From Candidatus Micrarchaeota archaeon (GTDB lineage Archaea > Micrarchaeota > Micrarchaeia > CABMEP01), in assembly GCA_964358895.1 (NCBI GenBank), contig CAYHPR010000005.1, forward strand, positions 1,189 to 50,606: DNA of 49,418 nucleotides, read 5' to 3'. Shown piece by piece: positions 39,094 to 46,921 of the stretch. The notes under the pieces were generated by a model. The model was given only the letters and a program-made list of their open reading frames with translations, did not search any database and was not told where the DNA came from. A program made the position numbers and the translations under genes. The number at the start of each line of letters is the position of its first letter. Within the stretch, counting starts at the first letter, position 1.

Positions 39094-40260
39094 TTAATTT
39101 GTGGCTAAGATAAATCCAAATAATCCCTCATGACAAGAGCCATCAGGCCAGCAAGCACTGTAATCAACTCGGTATATCCCGTCTCCATCATACGTCAATG
39201 GCGTTTCCAAGTTTAAATTGCTGATTACCACAGTGTTTCCGTTTACAAGTTTTCCATTATGAGTTACATTCATCTTTGATTTTGTATGCAAATTAAAATT
39301 GAAAGTTATTATAACCTTAGATGGTGCCTGCGTTAATGTTTGGCCATGTGGCGGAGTGCTGGACACAAAATGTGCAGCTCTAATGTGATTAAAGTTTATA
39401 CTATAATTTTTTGATGTTGTTTGATTTGATATCACTGGAGTTACATTTGCAACTGTCGTAATATCTGATCCATTAGAAACTATGACTGGCAGAATTGTCA
39501 AAAGTCCATCTTCAATTACAATTATACTGGCAGTCATTCCTGTATGAGCACTGCAGTGATAATGGAATTCGCCAGCTTCATTAAATGTATAGCTATAACT
39601 GCCACTCTCGTTAATCCCTCTAGAATTAAGCGTTTCTAGGTAATTGTGAGATGGATGCGGGTCGCTGTTAACAAAGTGTTCAACTGGATCATTATTGATA
39701 TACGTTACTTTTGTTCCTTTTGAGATAATAATATTTTTTTGCTCAAATTTTATGTCTTTCATTCTTATGGTTATTTCAGACATTCCAGTCATATTAGCAT
39801 AGTCTTTAATTGAAGAGCCATTTACTGCAAAATAGAATTCTCCGTCATGGCATGTTCCATCCGGCCAACAAGCCTTATAGACAACTTTGTACAAACCCTC
39901 TCCTATTTTAGGATCAATATCTACTTCCATTTTTAATCTGTCAGCTAAAATTTTAGTTTCACCCGAAGTAACTTCCGTATTGCCGACAAAGACTTGGATC
40001 TTCGAAGGAGCAACTACGTCAAAATTTGTATTTATCACAATTTTTGTTGGTACTAGAACAAAAGCTTCACCATGAGCCGGTGCACTATCTACAAAATGCG
40101 GCGTTTTTATTTGTTTTAGATCCTGCATCGTTTTTTCAGTTGGTTTTTCAACCATCTTTTCAGATTGTTTTTCCGTTATATTCTGTTGTACGCCCGGAGC
40201 TATACATCCAAAAAGTAAAATAGAAAATATTATAGTAAATATAACATAATACGTTTTCAT
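39094..40260 (-). CDS. Lipoprotein with CopC-like / cupredoxin / CopC-like domains
   Basis: Lipobox-like 'LLFGC'; two 'HFV.S.P.HG...Y.ACWPDG.CH.G' domains; type-1 Cu ligands H...'YHCSAHTGM'. Confidence 0.8.
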   Translation of the reverse strand: MKTYYVIFTIIFSILLFGCIAPGVQQNITEKQSEKMVEKPTEKTMQDLKQIKTPHFVDSAPAHGEAFVLVPTKIVINTNFDVVAPSKIQVFVGNTEVTSGETKILADRLKMEVDIDPKIGEGLYKVVYKACWPDGTCHDGEFYFAVNGSSIKDYANMTGMSEITIRMKDIKFEQKNIIISKGTKVTYINNDPVEHFVNSDPHPSHNYLETLNSRGINESGSYSYTFNEAGEFHYHCSAHTGMTASIIVIEDGLLTILPVIVSNGSDITTVANVTPVISNQTTSKNYSINFNHIRAAHFVSSTPPHGQTLTQAPSKVIITFNFNLHTKSKMNVTHNGKLVNGNTVVISNLNLETPLTYDGDGIYRVDYSACWPDGSCHEGLFGFILATN

Positions 40261-40298
40261 ATTATTGCTTCGTCTTATGCACTTTTAAATATAAGGAG

Positions 40299-40401
40299 GG
40301 CCTCAGCCGAGAATCGAACTCGGGCTCAAAGGTCCACAGCCAAACGAGGGCCTAAGCAATTACTTTGGCTCTTTTCGTGCTACCATTACACCACCGAGGC
40401 C
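40299..40401 (-). tRNA. tRNA-His(GTG) with encoded G-1 and 31-nt intron at 29/30 (intron 40342..40372)
   Basis: Mature sequence G GCCTCGG TG GTGTAATGGTAGCAC G AAA|GG CT GTG GA CCTTT GAGC CCGAG TTCGATT CTCGG CTGAGGC C; BHB with AGC/GCT, central ACGA/TCGT, bulges AA|A and TT|G. Confidence 0.93.
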
Positions 40402-41436
40402 ATGAGTATTCCATTCCCTTATCTTATTTAAATTCTTTGGATTTCGCCAACCTACCAATCTTTGATATCTATCAAAATTTGAATAGCCATATAAATAAAC
40501 ATCCCAAACTCCATTAGATTTTTTATAGAATTTTGGAGCGAACCCCAGAGTTTTAAACATTTTGTAAACTCCTTCTGCAAGATATCTAGATTTACATGTC
40601 AAGCTGATAGTAGGATAATAATTGGCATATCCATAACGTGCTTTAAAGAGAATTGATCCATCAGTATCCATTATCCCTCTTAAAAATGCACATTTAATTC
40701 TTTTGTTTGATTTACTTAAAATTTTAGGAATGTTTATTTTGTCTTTTTTACCGGGCGTTATACCTACACTATTAACTTTAAATTCCCATAATGCTTTTGA
40801 ATAAATCTCAAAACCGTAAGAATCGATATAATCTCGATTTTCAATATTGATGTTATATAAAATTTTATATAGCTTTTTTAGATGGTTGTCGTAGTAATCG
40901 ATTTCATTTGATTTGTCCCCTTTGACTCTAAAATCATACTTATCATTAGATAAAAATCCGTCACCTAGATGAATTCCTATCTCTTCTGCAAGATTTTCAT
41001 CAAGCCACTTTGGAAAAATTATCTTTTTTTCTTTATCCTGCCTTGAGTATTCAATTCCATTTAAATTAAGTTTTAGTCTTCCCTCATCCTTTTTCAATTC
41101 AAAATTTTTTGTTTTAATGCGTGCCTTGCCTAAACGATAACCTTTTTGAAATGGAAAATCACATTTCAATGCAGAGATTTTCCTCCCACGATATCTCGTT
41201 AAGGTTTTATCAATTTTCCAACTACAAATTTCACATATCTTTTTGAACAAACGCATTGGCAAGGTGCATAGTTGATTGGTATACGATTTGAGTGTTCCAG
41301 GGTTTGTTTCAATTAGAACCGCAAATTCATCCCAAGGCATATCCTGTCTTTTCTTTGCATCCTCTAAGAACTTCCTCTGCATTCCCTCTTCAAAATAGAT
41401 TCTATTGAGCTCATTAATCACATATAATGTTAGCAC
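40360..41436 (-). CDS. Double-motif LAGLIDADG endonuclease-like protein with N-terminal HTH-like domain
   Basis: 'LAEEIGIHLGDG' and 'FLRGIMDTDG'; no intein splice motifs; start may be GTG at 41421; last codons overlap tRNA-His. Confidence 0.9.
   Translation of the reverse strand: MLTLYVINELNRIYFEEGMQRKFLEDAKKRQDMPWDEFAVLIETNPGTLKSYTNQLCTLPMRLFKKICEICSWKIDKTLTRYRGRKISALKCDFPFQKGYRLGKARIKTKNFELKKDEGRLKLNLNGIEYSRQDKEKKIIFPKWLDENLAEEIGIHLGDGFLSNDKYDFRVKGDKSNEIDYYDNHLKKLYKILYNINIENRDYIDSYGFEIYSKALWEFKVNSVGITPGKKDKINIPKILSKSNKRIKCAFLRGIMDTDGSILFKARYGYANYYPTISLTCKSRYLAEGVYKMFKTLGFAPKFYKKSNGVWDVYLYGYSNFDRYQRLVGWRNPKNLNKIREWNTHGLGGVMVARKEPK
40425..40432 (-). promoter_or_regulatory. TATA box for intact tRNA-His, inside the endonuclease ORF
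   Basis: TTTAAATA preceded by purine-rich AAAGAA, ending 23 nt before G-1. Confidence 0.6.
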
Positions 41437-41455
41437 GCAAAATTTTTAAAATTAA

Positions 41456-41481
41456 CGTGCTACCATTACACCACCGAGGCC
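41456..41481 (-). pseudogene. 5' fragment of tRNA-His (G-1 through G26)
   Basis: Exact copy of acceptor 5' strand and D arm, with no anticodon arm following. Confidence 0.85.
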
Positions 41482-41534
41482 ATCTATGGTTTATGTTTAT
41501 ATCTGAAAATAAGCGAATATATGATTATCCTTTT

Positions 41535-42551
41535 TTAGACAAGAAACTCTTTCCCAAGTTCTTTTAGCATATCTTGATTTTTATCAAAATATTCTCTTGG
41601 TTTTTTGAAAATGTCTTTCAGTTCTTTTGCAACAGCAGGTTTGAGGTCATTTGGGTGAATCTTCTTGTCAGTGAATGCTTTTGCAAGATCTTCATAAGAT
41701 GCAAAATCGACATTTCCGCCGAATTTTTCAGGTCTTTCAATATTCATTTTTTCTTTTAGCGGGAAGATTATGAATCGGCAGATCTGAGTGATTGGATTAT
41801 CTGTCAGATCTCCAACGGGGCAGTAAGCATTTTTCATTTTCTCTTCGATTTGTTTTTCAGAATCATAAACTTTGATATGACTCTTCGGATCGGTTGCAGA
41901 CATCTTAGTCCCAGGTCCCTTAAGCGAGGAAACAAGAGGCGTCATTATTTCAACACGTGGCTTATAACCAAGTGCTGGCAGGATTTCACGTGCAAAAGCC
42001 ATTATGTGCCTTTGATCCGTTCCACCAAGTTGAATGTCTGCTTCTAAGTATTGTTCATCTAAGGCTTGCATTATCGGATAAATTAATTCAGATACTTTCG
42101 GATTTTTCATCCGTGTCACTTCTGAAGCAGCTCTGGTAGCTCGTCCAACTGTTGCAATTGTTGCTGCTTTAAGCACGTCTACGTGATACTCTTTTTCTAA
42201 TTGAAAATTAGATCCTTTAACAATCTCCGGTTTTCTTTGCCACGGCAAAGAGAGTTCTATGCATTTACTGTAATACTCTGCTCTTTTGTCTATTTCATTC
42301 CATGGAGTTTTCAAATCATCTAAAGCAGCATGAATGTTAGCAAGTAGAATTTTGGTCGAAATTCCAACTTTTTCAAAATCAAATGCTTTACTTAACGGGA
42401 TTAAGTAGGCCATATGGAAAGGTCCAGTTGGTGCCGTTCCGTAATAAGCAGTAAGTTTCTTTCCGGAAGTGATTAGTTCTTCAAGTTCGTTCAGAGTTAT
42501 TATTTCCTCAGTATTTCGCTTTATCAGCTCAATTTTCTCTTCTGTGTCCAT
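41535..42551 (-). CDS. tyrS: Tyrosyl-tRNA synthetase, archaeal type
   Basis: '[13 protein letters not shown]', 'YPIMQALD', 'GGTDQR', KMSAT, 'RPEKFGG', 'HPNDLK'. Confidence 0.96.
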   Translation of the reverse strand: MDTEEKIELIKRNTEEIITLNELEELITSGKKLTAYYGTAPTGPFHMAYLIPLSKAFDFEKVGISTKILLANIHAALDDLKTPWNEIDKRAEYYSKCIELSLPWQRKPEIVKGSNFQLEKEYHVDVLKAATIATVGRATRAASEVTRMKNPKVSELIYPIMQALDEQYLEADIQLGGTDQRHIMAFAREILPALGYKPRVEIMTPLVSSLKGPGTKMSATDPKSHIKVYDSEKQIEEKMKNAYCPVGDLTDNPITQICRFIIFPLKEKMNIERPEKFGGNVDFASYEDLAKAFTDKKIHPNDLKPAVAKELKDIFKKPREYFDKNQDMLKELGKEFLV

Positions 42552-42613
42552 ATGGAGATATTCCAAGAAGCCTTTTAAACATATACAGCCAAAAGAATTC
42601 ATTAGTGATTATT

Positions 42614-42727
42614 ATGGGTGCAAGGCCAAGGAAATGGAAAAAGAAAGGAAAAATGCGCTGGAAATGGATTAAGAAACGCAGAAAAAGAATGCGCCGAATG
42701 CAGAAGCGAAGAGTAGGCGAACTTTAA
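42614..42727 (+). CDS. rpl41e: Ribosomal protein eL41 (eS32), not in ORF track
   Basis: [37 protein letters not shown]. Confidence 0.88.
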   Translation: MGARPRKWKKKGKMRWKWIKKRRKRMRRMQKRRVGEL

Positions 42728-42736
42728 GGTGAGCAT

Positions 42737-42904
42737 ATGCCAGGCCTACTCAAAAATGCATCTGCATGGTTAAGATCCTCATTCTGGGATAAAGTTTTCA
42801 AGTCTAAACCAAGGATTTTTGCTAAAAAAAGAAAGGAGCCGAATTCCTTTAGCAAAGCAAAGACAAAGCAACAGACTGAAAATAAGGCGCGATTAAAGCG
42901 CTAA
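42737..42904 (+). CDS. Small basic protein (55 aa), not in ORF track
   Basis: MPGLLKNASAWLRSSFWDKVFKSKPRIFAKKRKEPNSFSKAKTKQQTENKARLKR; GGTGA RBS; fills the gap between rpl41e and the ThiF gene. Confidence 0.65.
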   Translation: MPGLLKNASAWLRSSFWDKVFKSKPRIFAKKRKEPNSFSKAKTKQQTENKARLKR

Positions 42905-42920
42905 CTTTGGCTGTGATTCT

Positions 42921-43658
42921 ATGCCAGAGTATAACATCTATCCTATTTTATTTCAAAAAAACATAGGTGCAATTTCGAGAGAAGAGCAAGAAGTCCTCGG
43001 AAAGTCTTCAGTTGCTATTATTGGATGTGGAGGAATAGGTGGGATCGCATTTGAACTGCTAGTTAGATCTGGCATTGGTAAATTAACTATCGTAGACGGT
43101 GACACGTTCGATATTTCAAACATTAATCGTCAGATCCTTTGCAATTACAAAAACATAGGCAAAAAGAAAGTAAAGGAAGCAGAAAAATTTGCAAAATCAA
43201 TCAACGCTGAAATTGAAATTACGGCAATTGATAGAAATCTAGATGAAAAAAATGCGAAACAGATTCTAAAAGGGAACAAATTAGTTGTAGACGGTCTTGA
43301 CAATGGTCTCTCAAGAGTGATCTTAAGCAGAACTGCCAAAGAGCTTAAGATTCCTTACGTCTTCGGGGCATGTGAAAGAACAAAAGGTTATACAACTGTT
43401 TTTACACCTGCAGATGTCAGTTATGAAGATATATTCGATATTCCTTCAAAAGGTAAAGTGTTAACTGAAAAATTGAGGGAACAACTTCTAGCTTCACAAA
43501 GATGTGACGCAATACTAGGAGTGGTTTCTAATCTAATCGGAAATTTGGAAACGATGCAGACACTTTGTGTTTTGCTTGGAAAAAAATTTGTAGAAGCACC
43601 ACAATTTATACATGTGGATGCATTTGAGCTTGATAAACTAAGGATAGGGCGGTTATAA
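42921..43658 (+). CDS. ThiF/MoeB/E1-like adenylyltransferase
   Basis: 'IIGCGGIG', 'D.D....SNINRQ', 'DGLDN...R'. Confidence 0.92.
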   Translation: MPEYNIYPILFQKNIGAISREEQEVLGKSSVAIIGCGGIGGIAFELLVRSGIGKLTIVDGDTFDISNINRQILCNYKNIGKKKVKEAEKFAKSINAEIEITAIDRNLDEKNAKQILKGNKLVVDGLDNGLSRVILSRTAKELKIPYVFGACERTKGYTTVFTPADVSYEDIFDIPSKGKVLTEKLREQLLASQRCDAILGVVSNLIGNLETMQTLCVLLGKKFVEAPQFIHVDAFELDKLRIGRL

Positions 43659-43671
43659 CTAATCTAATCGA

Positions 43672-43980
43672 TTATCTCTCTCCTTCTTTTTTGCTATCGT
43701 GGTTTTTAACAAAAGAAACTATCATTTCGTTTAAGTTTGATAATTCTGCTGCAGCACCCTTGAATGGATAGAGCGTAACAGAACGAAATAATAATTGACT
43801 ACCGCTTATACGCATCTTTGTTGAAAATGCGTTTAGTAGTCCTATGGTAAAATTTGAAGCACCAAGTGCAATTGCGTACGGTGTTATAAAATATATCTCT
43901 GCTCCTGCCATTACAGCCGATGCGCAACCTTCAATGATAGATAATCTTTTCGTTCTTTCTTTCAATTCCTTAATGTTCAC
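43672..43980 (-). pseudogene. Truncated MFS-like N-terminal fragment
   Basis: 'SIIEG....VM.G....FITPYAIALGASNF.IGLL' resembles MFS TM1-2, then loses hydrophobicity and stops at 102 aa. Confidence 0.55.
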
Positions 43981-44028
43981 AATTTTTTTGTTGCCATGAG
44001 TGTTTTTTCTCTGTAATCTCTTTAAATG

Positions 44029-45156
44029 CTATCTTCTGTTTGCTGCATCTTTCATTATTGACAAAATTATGTTTTCATTCAATATTGTATCATGTAATTT
44101 CGGATGTGCCTTTTGGATGTGCAAATACGCCGGAACTGCTTGATAGATAACCATAGGCTTCCCGTCTATCAGATTTTTTATTCCCTCCGCTTTTGCTAAT
44201 CTGAGCGATATCGATTCACCACTTTTCGGCAAAACAATATCTGCAATAATAACTTTCGGATTCAATTGGTACAAATACCTCAATCGCTCCCTTGAGAGTT
44301 CAATGTTCTTTTCACCTGCTTCTGCAAATGCAGAAACGTTTTCTAATGGTCCATCGGATCCCTTATCTGTTAGATTGACTATTGCATCTGGAATAAACTC
44401 AGAATTAAGTATGGAACCGCGTATCATCTCCTCACCAAGTCCCGTTGCAATATCTCCATATCTCTTGTTTAGTTCATCTGCTATCGCAACCGCTTTGCCG
44501 AATGTCCTGTTTATGACGCGGATTCGTTTCGGTTTTTTCTGTGCAATCATGTCAGCAACTTCTTTTGCAACTCCTCCTGCTCCAAAAATAATAATTGTGC
44601 TACCTTCGATTTTCTTTTCAATTTCTGCAAATTTTTCCTCCAGACTTTTGACAAAGCCTGCCGCATCTGTATTATACCCTATCAAATTTTTTCCGTTGTT
44701 AACGAGAATATTAACCGATTTCAAGGCAGGCGGAATTGTCATGTTAAGATGTTGTAGTGAACTTTCTTTGAACCCAACACCTGCGCCGCCGCCTAAATAT
44801 TTCGTGTCTTCCTTTAGATGATCAAAAATTTCTTTTCCATCATTTGGATTTGCGATAACCATAATATTCCTTATGTTAATCCCTTGTTTTTCGTATACTG
44901 TATTCCACATTTTTGGAGTCAATGCCCCATAATCGTGTGCAATAAGTGGGACGGTATAACCGCCAAGTTTGTCCAATAGAGTTAGATTCACATATCTAAA
45001 CGGTTCTGTTTCTATCATTTTATGTAGTTCTTCTACCTGTTCCTTCCCCATTCTCTGCCTTTGTCTTTTACCCTCTTCGGTAAGTAAATAATCGTTCTTC
45101 TCAGGCAGCAACGCCAGTTTGACTTTTTTAGTAACAAATAATTCCTTTAATCCCAT
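44029..45156 (-). CDS. Shikimate dehydrogenase-like oxidoreductase
   Basis: 'GYNTDAAGF', 'GAGGVA', 'INRT..KA', 'DG..M.IYQA'. Confidence 0.85.
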   Translation of the reverse strand: MGLKELFVTKKVKLALLPEKNDYLLTEEGKRQRQRMGKEQVEELHKMIETEPFRYVNLTLLDKLGGYTVPLIAHDYGALTPKMWNTVYEKQGINIRNIMVIANPNDGKEIFDHLKEDTKYLGGGAGVGFKESSLQHLNMTIPPALKSVNILVNNGKNLIGYNTDAAGFVKSLEEKFAEIEKKIEGSTIIIFGAGGVAKEVADMIAQKKPKRIRVINRTFGKAVAIADELNKRYGDIATGLGEEMIRGSILNSEFIPDAIVNLTDKGSDGPLENVSAFAEAGEKNIELSRERLRYLYQLNPKVIIADIVLPKSGESISLRLAKAEGIKNLIDGKPMVIYQAVPAYLHIQKAHPKLHDTILNENIILSIMKDAANRR

Positions 45157-45181
45157 TTAACCAACTCTCAATCTCTATTGT

Positions 45182-45197
45182 TATCGGTTAACCGATA
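45182..45197. promoter_or_regulatory. Perfect 16-bp palindrome, candidate operator
   Basis: TATCGGTTAACCGATA in the divergent promoter region. Confidence 0.6.
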
Positions 45198-45237
45198 TAT
45201 GCGGTTAAGTTATATAAATATTTCGCATAATCGATAT

Positions 45238-45564
45238 ATGCACGAGAAATTGTCTGCTCCAAAGCCACAGCATATAAAAATGAAGGGGTTTCTGACCTTC
45301 AGGATTTTATGTTTCTTGCTTGAAAACCCAATGGACGGGCAGCAGATTGCAAAACTAATCCAACGAATGTCCGGAAAGAAGCCTAGTCCAGGTACAATCT
45401 ATCCAGTCCTTAAATATTTGAGATCTAAAGGATTAATCACTACGAATAAAAAAGGAAAATCAGTTATCTATCAATTAAGCACAAAAGGAAAGAAAGAAGC
45501 GGGTGTTGCCTGCAAATATTTTTATGATACATTTCATGATGTTATCCGACGAGAGAGAAAGTAG
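45238..45564 (+). CDS. PadR-family transcriptional regulator
   Basis: 'P.DG..I', 'PSPGTIYPVL..L...GLI', 'Y.LS.KG'. Confidence 0.92.
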   Translation: MHEKLSAPKPQHIKMKGFLTFRILCFLLENPMDGQQIAKLIQRMSGKKPSPGTIYPVLKYLRSKGLITTNKKGKSVIYQLSTKGKKEAGVACKYFYDTFHDVIRRERK

Positions 45565-45582
45565 TTTTGAGAAAGTGAAAAT

Positions 45583-46416
45583 ATGCGATTTGGAACTGCA
45601 GGCGTACCGGTGAGTTGTAAAGAAAGATCATCATATGCTGGCATTCAATGTGCAAAAGATCTTGGACTTGATGCATTCGAACTAGAGTTTGTCCAAGGAT
45701 GTAGGATGAAACCAGAAAAAGGAACTGAATGTGGAGAACTAGCAAAGAAGTTAGGAATTTCACTCAGTTGCCATGCGTCATACTACCTGAATTTTCTTTC
45801 TCCAGAAAATGCAAAGTTGGAGAAGAGTCATAAAGAAATGATGACTACGGCAAGAGTAATTAATTCAGCAGGAGGAGGACGAATGGCTTTTCACACAGCA
45901 TTCTATCTTGGAATGCCTGCGGACAAAGCTTACGATAAGGTTAAGACAGAATTCAAGCAACTGCTTTCAAATATTAAAAAAGAAGATCTTAACGCCACAC
46001 TTGCGCCAGAGGTCACTGGCAAACCGAGTCAGTTCGGGTCTGTTGAAGAACTGTATAAATTGGCGGAGGACATTGGTTATGATAAAATAAAACCAACAAT
46101 AGACTGGGGCCATGTTCATGCACGTGAAAACGGCAGGATTAAAGGAAAGGCGAGTTACGTTGAGGTATTAGAACTAATTGAGAAAAGAGTTGGAAAGGAA
46201 GGTCTGAAGACTCTTCATTGTCATATGGAATCGATAAACTTCACTGAAAAAGGTGAAAGGAACCATCTTACGATGGACCATGACGTTCCACCCTACAAGC
46301 CGTTGGCAGAAGCATTACACGAATTCAAATGTGACGGCACAATCATCTCTGAATCACCTAACATAGAGAAAGATGCATTGTACATGAAAAATATTTTTGA
46401 AAAAATGAGAAGCTGA
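45583..46416 (+). CDS. nfo: Endonuclease IV-like TIM barrel (AP endonuclease family 2)
   Basis: 'FGTAG.P', 'E.EFV.G', 'HA.YY.N', 'PEVTGK.SQFG', 'IDWGHVHAR', 'GE..H', 'ISESP'. Confidence 0.9.
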   Translation: MRFGTAGVPVSCKERSSYAGIQCAKDLGLDAFELEFVQGCRMKPEKGTECGELAKKLGISLSCHASYYLNFLSPENAKLEKSHKEMMTTARVINSAGGGRMAFHTAFYLGMPADKAYDKVKTEFKQLLSNIKKEDLNATLAPEVTGKPSQFGSVEELYKLAEDIGYDKIKPTIDWGHVHARENGRIKGKASYVEVLELIEKRVGKEGLKTLHCHMESINFTEKGERNHLTMDHDVPPYKPLAEALHEFKCDGTIISESPNIEKDALYMKNIFEKMRS

Positions 46417-46424
46417 TTGATTTA

Positions 46425-46871
46425 CTACCTTGTTTGTTTTTTCTTCTTTTTTCTATCTTTATTAAAATATTTTACTTCGATAATTCTAACAATCGCAAGA
46501 AATACAACGGCTATAATCGATACAATTAATGCTTCATATACAAAACCGTATCCGATTGTCATTCCTATCCCTGCAGACAACCAAATTGTTGCAGCAGTAG
46601 TAAGTCCTTTTACATCGCTTTCAGTTCTTAGAATTGCACCCGCACCCAAAAATCCGATGCCAGTAATAATACTTGAAGTTATAACGCCTGGATTTTGGCC
46701 TACGGAAACTAGAATGGCCAGTATGGTGAAAAGTGCTGAGCCAAGACTAACGAGTGCTAATGTACGTATGCCTGCAGCTGTACCTCTAAGCTCACGTTCA
46801 AATCCAACTGCTGCACCAAGAAGACTTGCTGTAATTAATCTAAATACTATCTCACTTTGTTCTAGCGCCAT
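46425..46871 (-). CDS. MgtC/SapB family membrane protein
   Basis: 'G.ERE....AGIRT..LV.LG', 'GIGFLGAGAI', 'GLTTAATIW'. Confidence 0.95.
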   Translation of the reverse strand: MALEQSEIVFRLITASLLGAAVGFERELRGTAAGIRTLALVSLGSALFTILAILVSVGQNPGVITSSIITGIGFLGAGAILRTESDVKGLTTAATIWLSAGIGMTIGYGFVYEALIVSIIAVVFLAIVRIIEVKYFNKDRKKKKKQTR

Positions 46872-46921
46872 GGTTCAAATTGATAGATATCCTTTTTAAT
46901 TGTTTATAACAAACCAACATT

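Larger units (their letters stand above)
40376..41483 (-). mobile_element. Putative tRNA-His-targeting LAGLIDADG element bounded by 28-bp direct repeats
   Basis: CGTGCTACCATTACACCACCGAGGCCAT at 40376..40403 and 41456..41483, period 1080 bp. Confidence 0.75.

Noticed and set aside
41453-41481. Upstream tRNA fragment as a split-tRNA exon spliced at the 29/30 site
   Set aside because: It continues TTA rather than AAA, so the BHB central helix and anticodon stem would be broken
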